Part shown: positions 38,196-47,756 of the stretch, piece by piece
Layout of the letters: each line of letters starts with the position of its first letter
How positions within the stretch are numbered: the stretch's first letter is position 1
NCBI GenBank assembly: GCA_964620805.1
Contig: CAZUJQ010000002.1
Span: forward strand, 6,253-70,252
Reading direction: 5' to 3'
DNA length: 64,000 bases
DNA from: an uncultured Planctomycetales bacterium
Lineage (GTDB): Bacteria; Omnitrophota; Gorgyraeia; Zapsychrales; JAHFFX01
The notes under the pieces: model-generated
Database searches by the model: none
What the model saw: only the letters and a program-made list of their open reading frames with translations
Told to the model about the DNA's origin: nothing
Program-made: the position numbers and the translations under genes

Positions 38196-38396
38196 AAGTT
38201 GCCGATGTTTCCAGAGTTTCCGAGGTTTCCGATGTTACCTGATTCATCCGACATCCTTTAAGGTTGCTTAAGGCTGTCTTTCTGAACCTCTTGTAACCTT
38301 AGGGAAACCTCTGAAAAGGCAACCTCGGCAACCTGCCTGCCATTTGCAGTGTCAATCGGCAGGCAGGCATTGGCAACGTTGGAAACATGGGCAACC
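38196..38396. repeat. Family A element with a CCTGCCTGCC/GGCAGGCAGG hairpin inserted in its right arm
   Basis: Arms and core conserved; insertion at about 38332-38368. Confidence 0.9.
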
Positions 38397-39350
38397 TTAC
38401 TTGCCCCACTTCCCCTTAAAATATTCGGCCGTCTTTGCCAGCCCCTCTTCGAACTCCACGATGGGTTTATACTTAAGCACCTTTTTAATCTTGGAGATAT
38501 CCGCGTTGGTGCGAAACACATCTCCCGGCCGGACCGGCAGGAGTTGGGGGTCAATATTTTTCCCCAGGATGCGGTTTAAGACCGCCGCGAGTTTAAGAAC
38601 CGTATGGTCCTGTCCACTGGCGACGTTCAGGACCTCGTGCCGGAGACCAGGAGTTGTGGCCGCCAGGATGTTGGCGAAAATGACGTTCTCGATATACGTA
38701 AAATCCCGGGATTGCTTTCCTGTTCCGAAAATTGGCGGCTGTTCATTATGCAAAAGAGAATGGATGAATTTTGGGATGACCACGGCATATTCATCATCCA
38801 GCGATTGTTTTGGCCCGAAGACGTTAAAATAGCGTAGGCACACCGTCTCCACCCCAAAAAATTCCGAGAAGATCCGACAGTAATACTCCCCCGCGAGTTT
38901 GCTTAAGGCATAAGGTGAAATCAACAAAGGAAGATCCGTCTCTTTTTCCGGGAATTTTTTAACGTCTCCGTAGATCGAGCTCGAAGACGCGAAGACAAAG
39001 CGTTTGATTTTATTGTGGGAAGCGGCCTGAAGCATAAAAAGCGTCCCGTTGATATTCACGTCATGATAGCTTTCTGGATCTTTCATGGATTTGGGAACCG
39101 AACGTAGCGCCGCCTGATGAAGGACGTAATCCATTCCCTGACAGGCCTTTTGGCAAGTGCCCTTATCACGGATGTCCCCTAGCATCAGCTCAAATCTGTC
39201 TTTGCCCAAAGTTTTGGCAAATTCCAGATTGTCTTGGGTGCCGGAAGAGAAATTGTCTAGAACTCTCACAAAATGATTTTGTTTGATGAGGGCCTCGGCA
39301 ATATTGGATCCGATGAATCCTGCCCCACCGGTGATGAGGTATTTATCCAT
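38397..39350 (-). CDS. NAD-dependent UDP-sugar 4-epimerase (WbpP/GalE-like)
   Basis: GGAGFIGS, YALSK, LRYFNVFGP, RDFTY. Confidence 0.9.
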   Translation of the reverse strand: MDKYLITGGAGFIGSNIAEALIKQNHFVRVLDNFSSGTQDNLEFAKTLGKDRFELMLGDIRDKGTCQKACQGMDYVLHQAALRSVPKSMKDPESYHDVNINGTLFMLQAASHNKIKRFVFASSSSIYGDVKKFPEKETDLPLLISPYALSKLAGEYYCRIFSEFFGVETVCLRYFNVFGPKQSLDDEYAVVIPKFIHSLLHNEQPPIFGTGKQSRDFTYIENVIFANILAATTPGLRHEVLNVASGQDHTVLKLAAVLNRILGKNIDPQLLPVRPGDVFRTNADISKIKKVLKYKPIVEFEEGLAKTAEYFKGKWGK

Positions 39351-39370
39351 ATATTAACCTTTCCTTTGCT

Positions 39371-39476
39371 GAGAGCACAGCGCATAGAGCTTAGGGCTAA
39401 TGGCGTATGGCTCATAGCTCATAGCTTTGGGCTGTGGGCTATGGGCCATGAGCTCTACGCCCTTAGCCCTATGCTG
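39371..39476. repeat. 7-mer-periodic palindromic intergenic repeat
   Basis: GCATAGAGCTTAGGGC..CTCATAG CTCATAG..TGGGCTG TGGGCTA TGGGCCA..GCCCTTAGCCCTATGC. Confidence 0.7.
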
Positions 39477-39479
39477 ACA

Positions 39480-40265
39480 TCACAAATACCGATAAATATA
39501 CTCGGGCAAGTGATATTCAATATTGGTTAGGACATGCCCCAAGAGTTGCGCATGGGCCTGATCCAGGCGTTCGGTGCAGCGCTCGATGATCCCGCGCTGG
39601 GTCCGGCCCGCCTGAATCACCATGATCACCCCATCCGCCAGCGCTCCCAAAACCCCGGCATCGGTCACGGCAATGACGGGCGGGGTGTCAATGAGGATAA
39701 AATCAAAGTTTGGCCGCACCTCGTTGAGAAATGTTTTCATCGTATCGCAGGCCAATAATTCGGAAGGGTTGTCGGGGACTGTTCCACTCGCCATAAAGGT
39801 CAGGTTTTCCAGATCGATCTTAAACAACGCGTCCTTCAGGGAAATTTGCCCCCGTAGAAAGTCGCTTAAGCCGGTCTCTTGTTTTACCCCGAGATACGTG
39901 GCGATCCGTCCCCGTCTCATATCGGCGTCTATGAGCAGGATTTTGGGCTTATGGACCCCCTGGGCCATGGCAACGACCAGGTTTAAGGCCGTAATGGTTT
40001 TGCCTTCCGAGTGAAGGGCGCTGGTCATGACCACCACTTGCGGTGACTTGCCGTGATTCAGAGACATAAAATTGGTTCGTAAAATTTTGTATTGTTCGGT
40101 AATCAGGGATTGAGGATCAAAATAGGTCACGATCCGGGCGTCCAATCGTGAGGATCCTATCTTTTTGACGATGAGTTGTTCTTGCTCAGTGATCCGATTG
40201 ATCTTGTCCAACCGGGTGTGTCTTTCTTCGGCTGCCTTTTTTAATGCTTCGGTAATCTTTCCCAT
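39480..40265 (-). CDS. CpsD/CapB tyrosine-protein kinase (Wzc C-terminal type)
   Basis: EGKT, LLIDADMR, DTPP, C-terminal Tyr cluster. Confidence 0.9.
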   Translation of the reverse strand: MGKITEALKKAAEERHTRLDKINRITEQEQLIVKKIGSSRLDARIVTYFDPQSLITEQYKILRTNFMSLNHGKSPQVVVMTSALHSEGKTITALNLVVAMAQGVHKPKILLIDADMRRGRIATYLGVKQETGLSDFLRGQISLKDALFKIDLENLTFMASGTVPDNPSELLACDTMKTFLNEVRPNFDFILIDTPPVIAVTDAGVLGALADGVIMVIQAGRTQRGIIERCTERLDQAHAQLLGHVLTNIEYHLPEYIYRYL

Positions 40266-40284
40266 AACTTTCCTTTCGGTTGGC

Positions 40285-41238
40285 CTACTTTGCCTTGCGC
40301 TCCTTCAAGGGCAGATCCCAATCGTGTTCCGGGAGGCCCGGGTCCACTTGCGGATCTTTTAGGAATTGACCCGAAGAGGAATCAATCCCGTGCCGGATTC
40401 CCTCAAGGCTATTGAGGGGATTGCCCGTGATTTGAGCGGTCGGAGAGTTTTTGATTTCTTCTTTTATGATTTCTTCGTCAATGACTGGCGCCTCCAGCAC
40501 ATAGCCGCTTAATAACGCGTTATCGCAAATCTGATTGATGAGCCTCGGCACGCCTTTCGAAAATTCATAGATCAACTCCAAGGCCTTGTGGCTAAAGTAT
40601 GGACGGTTCGTTCCACTGGCAATCTTTAAACGGTGCCGGATATATTCGAGAGATTCCTCAAGGCTTAAAGGCATGAGGTGATAATAAACAGCGATGCGCT
40701 GGCGAAGCTGTTTTAACCTGCTTAACGCCAGTTTTTCTCTTAACTCCGGCTGGCCTAAAAAGATGATTTGGATGAGTTTTTCATTTTCGGTTTCGAGATT
40801 GGAAAGCAGGCGGACCTCTTCGAGAAGAGATGTAGATAAGTTTTGGGCTTCGTCAATAATGAGAACCACATTGTTGTTTTCCTTGAGCTTCTGAATAAGA
40901 TAGCGATTCAGATGAGAAAGGAGGTGGACCTTGGATCTGCGGGTGAATTCCACCCCCAAATCTTCCAGAATCAGGCTTAAGAGATCGCCTCTGGTGATCA
41001 GGGTATTCGTAATCAAGGCCACTTTCGTTTTGGTCTGTAATTGGTTGAGCAAAGCCCGGCAGATCGTGGTTTTCCCGGCGCCCACCTCGCCGGTAATCAC
41101 CACAAATCCTTTCCTCTCTTCAATCGCGTAGATCAGGGTATTTAAGGCCTCCAGATGCTTTGCACTCGGAAAAAAGAAATGGGAACTCGGGGTGATGTTG
41201 AAGGGTTGTTCCTTGAATCCATAAAAGCGATGATACAT
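40285..41238 (-). CDS. ExeA-like AAA ATPase (PEP-CTERM-locus type)
   Basis: PFNITP, GEVGAGKTT, IIDEAQNL, GQPEL, GVPRLINQICD. Confidence 0.85.
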   Translation of the reverse strand: MYHRFYGFKEQPFNITPSSHFFFPSAKHLEALNTLIYAIEERKGFVVITGEVGAGKTTICRALLNQLQTKTKVALITNTLITRGDLLSLILEDLGVEFTRRSKVHLLSHLNRYLIQKLKENNNVVLIIDEAQNLSTSLLEEVRLLSNLETENEKLIQIIFLGQPELREKLALSRLKQLRQRIAVYYHLMPLSLEESLEYIRHRLKIASGTNRPYFSHKALELIYEFSKGVPRLINQICDNALLSGYVLEAPVIDEEIIKEEIKNSPTAQITGNPLNSLEGIRHGIDSSSGQFLKDPQVDPGLPEHDWDLPLKERKAK

Positions 41239-41257
41239 GAGGGCTCCTTGTATAATT

Positions 41258-42556
41258 TTATTTAAGCAATCGCGAGATCATCAATGTGATCATGACCAAG
41301 ATAATCCCAGCCAGGGCGGCTACGCCCGAAAACAATCGCTGTCGTTGCCGTTCCTGGCGCAATGTCTCCAGGGTATTGATCTTGGAGATCGCCCCTAAAA
41401 GAGGGACACCGAGATACTCTTTGGCCTCCTCCACATCCAAAAACGATTTATCCAGAAGCTCTCTTAGGACAACCAAGCCGGCCCCCCCAAGCCCACCCAA
41501 AAATAATCCAATGAAACCCACCATAAACTTATTGGGAGAAAACGGCTGCAAGGGAACGCGGGGTGGATCGAGAATGGTGTATTTGGTTCCTTCCTTCGAG
41601 GCCTGGAGGCGCTGAGTGATTCTGGCTGTTTCCAGGCGTTGAAGAAGCATATTATAGATCTGGGTATTCACGTCCACATCCCGGGCCATGACATTGTCCA
41701 GCTTGTCAATCAGCATCAATTTATAATAGAGGTCTTTGTCTTGGGGCGCCATCGTCCGGGGGTCAGGGAGGTTGGATTTGCCTTCGACTGTGTCCAGGGC
41801 CTTGCGGATTTCCTCAACGATCGGCGTGGTGGTCTTGGCGTCTAAAATCGCATTTTCTGTGTACTCCAAATTTTCCTTTTCAAGTTCCGCGGTTTTCACA
41901 CGAATCTGTTCGCGCAGTTGTTTGACGCGGGGGTGATGCTCGGTGGAATCCATCAAAAGGCTATTCAGCTCATCCTTGAACTGGGCAATCTCCGCCGACT
42001 TGATCTTTCCCTTGTAGACGTGCAGTTGGCTTTCAATAAAGGAAATGGCATCTCGGGTCTCTTTGTCTTGAATCTCTAAGTTCTGTTGAATAAAAATTTC
42101 CGTGATATTTCTAACAATAGCCTGTGTCGTATGGGGGTTTGGACCTACGTAGGAGAGGTCGATAATATTGGGGCTGCGCAAAAGGATGCTGACGTTTCTA
42201 CGGATTCGTCCAACCAATTGTTCCATTTGTTGCTGGTTGGTAATATCCTTATCCATATTGAGGCGTTTCACCAAGGTCACAACACTATGCCAGCCCAGCA
42301 TAGATTCATGGATGGCCGTCATTCGCTGGTTGAAGCTGGTGGAAACCGCCAAGTTGCTAAAAAGCGGATTGTCGGTTTTTCCCTCTTCCACCAAAATAAT
42401 CGTGGAGGATCGATATTGCGGGGGGAGCATGAATCCTACACAAATTCCCAGAATTAATCCTCCATAAACCGGGACAAAAAACAAAGCCTTCCTGCGAAAT
42501 AAGATCTTTAAATAATTCATCAAAGAAAATGATGGGGATTGAACGGACTGATCCAT
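41258..42556 (-). CDS. Polysaccharide chain-length determinant (Wzz/GumC)
   Basis: N-terminal TM, HHPRVKQLR coiled coil, ILDPPRVP..P.SPN, C-terminal TM. Confidence 0.85.
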   Translation of the reverse strand: MDQSVQSPSFSLMNYLKILFRRKALFFVPVYGGLILGICVGFMLPPQYRSSTIILVEEGKTDNPLFSNLAVSTSFNQRMTAIHESMLGWHSVVTLVKRLNMDKDITNQQQMEQLVGRIRRNVSILLRSPNIIDLSYVGPNPHTTQAIVRNITEIFIQQNLEIQDKETRDAISFIESQLHVYKGKIKSAEIAQFKDELNSLLMDSTEHHPRVKQLREQIRVKTAELEKENLEYTENAILDAKTTTPIVEEIRKALDTVEGKSNLPDPRTMAPQDKDLYYKLMLIDKLDNVMARDVDVNTQIYNMLLQRLETARITQRLQASKEGTKYTILDPPRVPLQPFSPNKFMVGFIGLFLGGLGGAGLVVLRELLDKSFLDVEEAKEYLGVPLLGAISKINTLETLRQERQRQRLFSGVAALAGIILVMITLMISRLLK

Positions 42557-42574
42557 TTTTTAATCCTTTCTAAA

Positions 42575-43327
42575 CTAAAATCCGGGATATGCCGTTCTGG
42601 CAGTTCCCGCTGCTGTCCCAACAGGCTGGGCCACGGGATTGATGACCCGCATGGCCTTCGCCATCATGGTAGCCGGAATATAAAGGGTATCCCCTGGTTT
42701 CATGACCAGATCTTCTCTTAAATCTCCTTTGTAGAGGAGGGCCTCCACATTGACAATTTTTAGTTCCGGCTTTCCATCATTCGAGGGAGTAATGAGCCGG
42801 CTCTTTTTTCCGGCTGCACTTAATAAAGGAAGTCCCGCCTCCAGGAGGGCTTCTCTGACGGTAATCGTATCTCCGCGCATAAAGATCTTCCCGGGGTTGC
42901 CCACTTCCCCGATCACATAGACCACTTTGCTGTTAAATTCGACGATTTTGACCGTAACTTCTGGGGAGACAATATACACCGATAACTTCTCTGCAACCAG
43001 TTTCCTGACTTCCTCTTTTGTCATCCCGTCAATCTTAATATCACCGACAAATTCATATTGGATGGCGCCTTCACTATTAATAACGTATTCACCCGATACC
43101 TCCGGATGACGTAAAACCATGATTTCAATGACATCATTGATTCCTAAGGTATAACGGCTCGATTCCTCTAAGGCAATGATCTGTTGCGTAATTTCTTCGT
43201 TTGTAACCGCATCAGTTGAGTTATCAGCCTTGACAGCAGTCACGAAAGCAATCATGACAATAAGACCGCAAGAGCCAACGAGCCACCTTTTAAAGCCTAT
43301 TTTCCTATTAGAAAAAATCGTATACAT
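42575..43327 (-). CDS. wza: Polysaccharide export protein (Wza/Poly_export, SLBB)
   Basis: YTLGINDVIEI, VYVIGEVGNPG, PGDTLYIP. Confidence 0.85.
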   Translation of the reverse strand: MYTIFSNRKIGFKRWLVGSCGLIVMIAFVTAVKADNSTDAVTNEEITQQIIALEESSRYTLGINDVIEIMVLRHPEVSGEYVINSEGAIQYEFVGDIKIDGMTKEEVRKLVAEKLSVYIVSPEVTVKIVEFNSKVVYVIGEVGNPGKIFMRGDTITVREALLEAGLPLLSAAGKKSRLITPSNDGKPELKIVNVEALLYKGDLREDLVMKPGDTLYIPATMMAKAMRVINPVAQPVGTAAGTARTAYPGF

Positions 43328-43361
43328 TTTTTTCTCCTTTTGAAAATGAAAATCTTAAATA

Positions 43362-43547
43362 TTAAATCTCAAACACGGTTTCGTGGAATTCTCTGATCTG
43401 AGAGAGATCCTCTTCATCGTATACTCGCCATCCCCGCCAGTCGCGTTTGGATTTTCGGATTTTTCCCAGCTTTTCCCATCTGGCAAGGGTTTTGGGAGTA
43501 ATACCAATGAGATTTGCCACCTCTGTGATCGTCATCCGCTTATTCAC
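43362..43547 (-). CDS. MerR-type HTH protein
   Basis: TITEVANLIGITPKTLARWEK..RDWRGWRVY. Confidence 0.85.
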   Translation of the reverse strand: MNKRMTITEVANLIGITPKTLARWEKLGKIRKSKRDWRGWRVYDEEDLSQIREFHETVFEI

Positions 43548-43636
43548 TTGTACCCCTCCTTCTAATGTTTAAATTTTTTTAATAAAAATAAGGCCATTTA
43601 TCCTTAAAGAAAGATCCAAAACCATGTTTATTGAGT

Positions 43637-43652
43637 AGCAATTACTATGCCA
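43637..43652 (-). promoter_or_regulatory. Sigma-54 -24/-12 promoter of the EPS operon
   Basis: Minus strand TGGCAT-AGTAA-TTGCT, canonical spacing, about 90 bp before the merR-like gene. Confidence 0.75.
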
Positions 43653-44043
43653 GTCGTGTACACAGTAAGTCATCTTTTTAGAGTCAGATAGCAAACCTCT
43701 ATTTCCCACGGTATTAAATTTTTCTTAGTTAAATTGGATATCCCCTTCAAAGAAACAAACGTTCTCTCCTAATGTTTAAGATAATAAACTACTTTATCCT
43801 GGATATACCAAGATAATCTTAGAACTCTTGGATAAATAGCCACTTAAGTCACTGTTGACTTTTGTCGTCATAGGATCCTTTTTACCCTGTAAAGAAAACA
43901 CCTCTTTACCCCGTTAGAGAAAGACGCCGATTTCAACCCCGTTAGAAAATATTCATTTTATCAAAGGTCTTGCTTGCATCCACTCGGGGCAAGGCCTTTA
44001 AGAAAATTTTGTAATCATTATCTTGTTATGGTATACTCAACCC

Positions 44044-45417
44044 ATGCAATTAAAATTATCTCCTGCTCAAATCCAGAAAACAGTCCTTTCTCCCTTTATG
44101 CAGCAAGCGATGGCTGTTTTGATGGTTCCCATTATGGATCTCACCCAGGCCATTGAAGATGTTCTGCTAGAGAACCCTCTTCTAGAACGCACAGAAGAAA
44201 CAAACGGCCGTACACCAAATCAGGATGGAAAAGAAAAAATCTGCCTCAATTGGGAACGGTATCATAGAAGCTATGAGCGTTTAGATGAAAACATCGCGCC
44301 TGACGACTTCCCGGAAGAAAGGCCCCTCACCCGTCCCGTGACCCTCGAAGAGCATCTCCTTCAACAGCTTCATTGGGAGGTTTCTGACCCCGTTAAGCTC
44401 TGTCTAGGAGAATTTATTATCGGGAATATCGATGAAGACGGCTATCTTAAAATGACCTCCCAAGAGATCGCGGACGCCTTAAGGATCGGTGATCTCAACT
44501 GTGTGGAAGAAACTCTCAAGACAATCCAGAATTTTGAGCCTACGGGAATCGCATCACGCAACCTCGAAGAATGCCTTTGTATTCAGGCGGTGAGCAAATA
44601 CAATGGGAAAAGTGATTTGCTTTCAGAACTGATCCGGCTTCATCTGGATGATTTGGGCGCAAAGCAATACGCTAAAGTCGCCCGAAAGCTTAAGACCACA
44701 CCTCAAGAAATCCAGGAATTAGCCCGGATGATTGCTGATCTGGAACCCAAGCCTGCCCGGAATTATCGAGACCTCCCACCCAATATTTATATCAAACCCG
44801 ATTGCATTATTAAAAAAGATCCTGAGGCTGGATTCCAGGTCTATCTCAACCAAGACGGTATCCCGCCTTTAAAAATCAATGCTCTTTATAAAAACATGCT
44901 CAAATCTCCCCATCTCAAAGAGGAAGAAAGGCTTTTTATCCGCGACAAGCTTAAAGTTGCCATACAGTTTATAAAAAATTTGGAGCAGCGTGGCAAGACT
45001 CTTTGCCTGATTGCCCAGTGTATTGTGGATCGTCAGAAGGATTTCTTGGGAGGAACTCAATCTTCCATAGCGCCCATGGCGCTCAAAGAGGTGGCCATTC
45101 TCATCAATCGAAGTGAATCGACCGTATCTCGGGCGATCCATGGGAAATATATCGATACCCCGCAGGGGCTCTTTCCCATGAAATTTTTCTTTTCTCACGC
45201 TGTCTTAGAGAATCAAGACGGCCCGATATCTTCCCAAAGTATCAAAGAAAGAATGAGAGAGCTTATTGAAACTGAAGACAAATGCTCGCCGCTCTCCGAT
45301 CAGGATATCCAAAACTATTTTACCTCTCAGAACCTTAGACTGGCCCGCAGAACCATCGCCAAGTATCGCAAGGCGTTAAAAATCCCTCCCGGTTACCAGA
45401 GACGCACATACCGCTAA
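44044..45417 (+). CDS. rpoN: RNA polymerase sigma-54 factor
   Basis: ENPLLE, SESTVSRA, RpoN box ARRTIAKYR. Confidence 0.95.
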   Translation: MQLKLSPAQIQKTVLSPFMQQAMAVLMVPIMDLTQAIEDVLLENPLLERTEETNGRTPNQDGKEKICLNWERYHRSYERLDENIAPDDFPEERPLTRPVTLEEHLLQQLHWEVSDPVKLCLGEFIIGNIDEDGYLKMTSQEIADALRIGDLNCVEETLKTIQNFEPTGIASRNLEECLCIQAVSKYNGKSDLLSELIRLHLDDLGAKQYAKVARKLKTTPQEIQELARMIADLEPKPARNYRDLPPNIYIKPDCIIKKDPEAGFQVYLNQDGIPPLKINALYKNMLKSPHLKEEERLFIRDKLKVAIQFIKNLEQRGKTLCLIAQCIVDRQKDFLGGTQSSIAPMALKEVAILINRSESTVSRAIHGKYIDTPQGLFPMKFFFSHAVLENQDGPISSQSIKERMRELIETEDKCSPLSDQDIQNYFTSQNLRLARRTIAKYRKALKIPPGYQRRTYR

Positions 45418-45514
45418 ATTTCGCGAAAGTTTCGCGAAATGACGCTAAATTCTCTTGGAGTTTTGCGTTATTTCGCGCTAGTTTCCACTATCTATTACTC
45501 TTTAATGGGAACCA

Positions 45515-45886
45515 TCACCCACGATCATAGTCATCCTGCAGTCGAATGATATCGTCTTCGGCCAAATAATCCCCGCAGCCTACTTCAATAAAGACCATCT
45601 CCTCTTCACCGGTGTTCCCAATGCGATGAATCGCCCCCATGGGCACGTCCACCACGGTTCCCGGCTCAACGGAAAGCTCCCGGCCGTTGACCACGGCCAG
45701 TCCTTTTCCTTTGACCACAATCCACTTTTCCGAGCGGTGGCTATGCTTTTGCAGGCTTAAACGCTCGCCGGGTTTGACTTCAACCCTCTTGACCCATACC
45801 CCCGGCTCCTGAAAGAGTTTTTGGTAGTGGCCCCAGGGTCGTTCGGAGTAATAGTCGGGATTTTTTTCTGCAGTGTGTTTTTTCAT
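45515..45886 (-). CDS. Cupin, mannose-6-phosphate isomerase type II C-terminal domain
   Basis: RPWG, LSLQKH.HRSEKW, HRI.N, EDDIIRLQDDY. Confidence 0.9.
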   Translation of the reverse strand: MKKHTAEKNPDYYSERPWGHYQKLFQEPGVWVKRVEVKPGERLSLQKHSHRSEKWIVVKGKGLAVVNGRELSVEPGTVVDVPMGAIHRIGNTGEEEMVFIEVGCGDYLAEDDIIRLQDDYDRG

Positions 45887-46284
45887 CTTTCTAAATCATC
45901 CACAATGGTCTGCAGGATTTCCCGGGATTTTACCTCATCCCCCAAAGCGCCTACCCTGACACTGAGCCGGGTGATCTTTGAGGAGACGTGTTTCATTTTA
46001 ATCCAGACCCGCTGTTTATCCGCGGTTTCTGATTCGAGGATCGCGGATAATTGATCCATTCGGTCAAGCAGGATAGGAAGATCCAGATCTTTTAAGGCAT
46101 TTTTACTAGCTTCATACACTTCGTCCAAAGGCCTGTCAATGTCTTGACGTAAAGTTCCCTTGACCCATACAATACCCCCGGCCCCGGCTGCAGCGCCCAC
46201 CATGAGCGGCACACATCCCGAGACGTAGAACAACAGTAATCCATAAAGAGCGACTTTTACGAATCTCACGATATGGTTAAACAT
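45883..46284 (-). CDS. DUF3568-like lipoprotein
   Basis: Lipobox VSGC, AAAGAGG, VRVG..GDE..SR.IL. Confidence 0.7.
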   Translation of the reverse strand: MFNHIVRFVKVALYGLLLFYVSGCVPLMVGAAAGAGGIVWVKGTLRQDIDRPLDEVYEASKNALKDLDLPILLDRMDQLSAILESETADKQRVWIKMKHVSSKITRLSVRVGALGDEVKSREILQTIVDDLER

Positions 46285-46310
46285 AACATCTCCTTTCTTC
46301 AGGACAACAT

Positions 46311-47594
46311 TCATTTCGCTCCACACCTTAAAAAATCCTTGATGACACCAGCGAGTTGATCGAGATCTTTTGACTCGTGAACTGCCGCAATAAAAAACGC
46401 CTCCAAATCCGCGGGGGGCCAGAAAATCCCTGCCTGCAAAAGTCGTTGAAAAAGCCGAGCATACTTTTCTTTTGAGTTGGCCTTCAACGCTTCATGATAA
46501 TCCAAAGGCGGCTTAAGGGCAAACCAAAGGCTCATCATGGATTGATAGCCCGACAAGGAAGCGGGGATATTCTCTCTTTGAAAATATCCATTGAGATCAT
46601 CACAGAAGCGCCGCGCCAGGCTTCCCAGACGTTTATACACTTTGGCATTGAGGGCTTTTAACGTCACCAATCCGGCTGTCATGACAACCGGGTTCCCCGA
46701 GAAGGTTCCGGCTTGGTAGACTTCCCCTAAGGGCGCGAGGCAATCCATAATATCTTTTCTCCCTCCATACGCGCCCACAGGGAAACCTCCGCCGATGATC
46801 TTTCCCAGGCACGTCATATCCGGAATGATGTTTAATTCAGATTGCACACAACCCAGATGGGTTCGGAATCCGGTTATAATCTCATCAAAAATCAAAATGA
46901 TTTTATAGCGGCTGGTCAATCGGCGCAAAGTCTTTAAAAAATCCATTTGAACGGGAATCACCCCCATGTTGCCGGCCACCGGCTCCAGGATGACACAGGC
47001 GATCTGGGAATGAAAACGCTCCAAGGTCTCTCCCAGAACCTGGGTATTATTATAGGGAAGGCTGATCGTGTCTGTGATGTGCGAAGGAGTAATTCCCAAA
47101 CTCGAGGATTCTTTCAGATGGCTTACTCCGGAGCCGGCCTTAATCAGGAAATCGTCAAAATGACCGTGATAACAGCCATCGAATTTTACGATCTTATGAC
47201 GTTGGGTATAGCCACGGGCCAACCTAACCGCGCTCATTGTGGCCTCGGTCCCGGAGTTGACAAAACGGATGCGCTCCAGGGAGGGAACATGGTGCACAAT
47301 GAATTTGGCAATTTCGATCTCTGGACGGGTGGTTGTGCCGAAGCCCGTTCCATTTTTAAGTGCTTTTTTTATGGCGGAAAGCACTTTGGGATGGGCGTGT
47401 CCTAAAATCAAGGCCCCCCAGGACAAACAATAATCGGTATAGGATCGGTTGTCCTCATCGTAGACTTGGCGTCCTTTGGCTTTCTTTATCATCAGAGGAT
47501 CCCCTCCCACCACCTGAAAAGATCGGACAGGACTGTTCACTCCCCCCACCATGACTTGGGGAGCTTCTTTGATCAATGGAATCGAATTTCTCAT
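46311..47594 (-). CDS. hemL: Glutamate-1-semialdehyde 2,1-aminomutase
   Basis: GGVNSPVR, NSGTEATM, GKIIGGGFPVG, QAGTFSGNP. Confidence 0.95.
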   Translation of the reverse strand: MRNSIPLIKEAPQVMVGGVNSPVRSFQVVGGDPLMIKKAKGRQVYDEDNRSYTDYCLSWGALILGHAHPKVLSAIKKALKNGTGFGTTTRPEIEIAKFIVHHVPSLERIRFVNSGTEATMSAVRLARGYTQRHKIVKFDGCYHGHFDDFLIKAGSGVSHLKESSSLGITPSHITDTISLPYNNTQVLGETLERFHSQIACVILEPVAGNMGVIPVQMDFLKTLRRLTSRYKIILIFDEIITGFRTHLGCVQSELNIIPDMTCLGKIIGGGFPVGAYGGRKDIMDCLAPLGEVYQAGTFSGNPVVMTAGLVTLKALNAKVYKRLGSLARRFCDDLNGYFQRENIPASLSGYQSMMSLWFALKPPLDYHEALKANSKEKYARLFQRLLQAGIFWPPADLEAFFIAAVHESKDLDQLAGVIKDFLRCGAK

Positions 47595-47756
47595 CCTTCG
47601 ACGCACTCCTCATTTTATTCGTCGTTTGCTCAGGATGACCCTGAGCGTAGTGGTTCGACAGGCTCACCACACTTCTGGTTCGCTTTTCGCTCACCATCCC
47701 GAGCGAAAAGCGAGGGAGAACCACACTGAGCGCAGTCGAAGTGTCGAATGGGTCAT
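47590..47756. repeat. Nested REP-like palindromes
   Basis: TCATCCTTCGAC..CTCAGGATGA; ATGACCCTGAGCG..GTCGAATGGGTCAT with inner GTGGTTCGACAGGCTCACCAC. Confidence 0.7.

Noticed and set aside
4298-38396. Family A elements as integron attC sites
   Set aside because: Ends read GTT...AAC on the coding strand, opposite to the attC RYYYAAC...GTTRRRY arrangement; no integron integrase; flanked genes are core operon genes
4298-38396. CRISPR array
   Set aside because: Repeats are dispersed and degenerate, with no regular spacers and no cas genes
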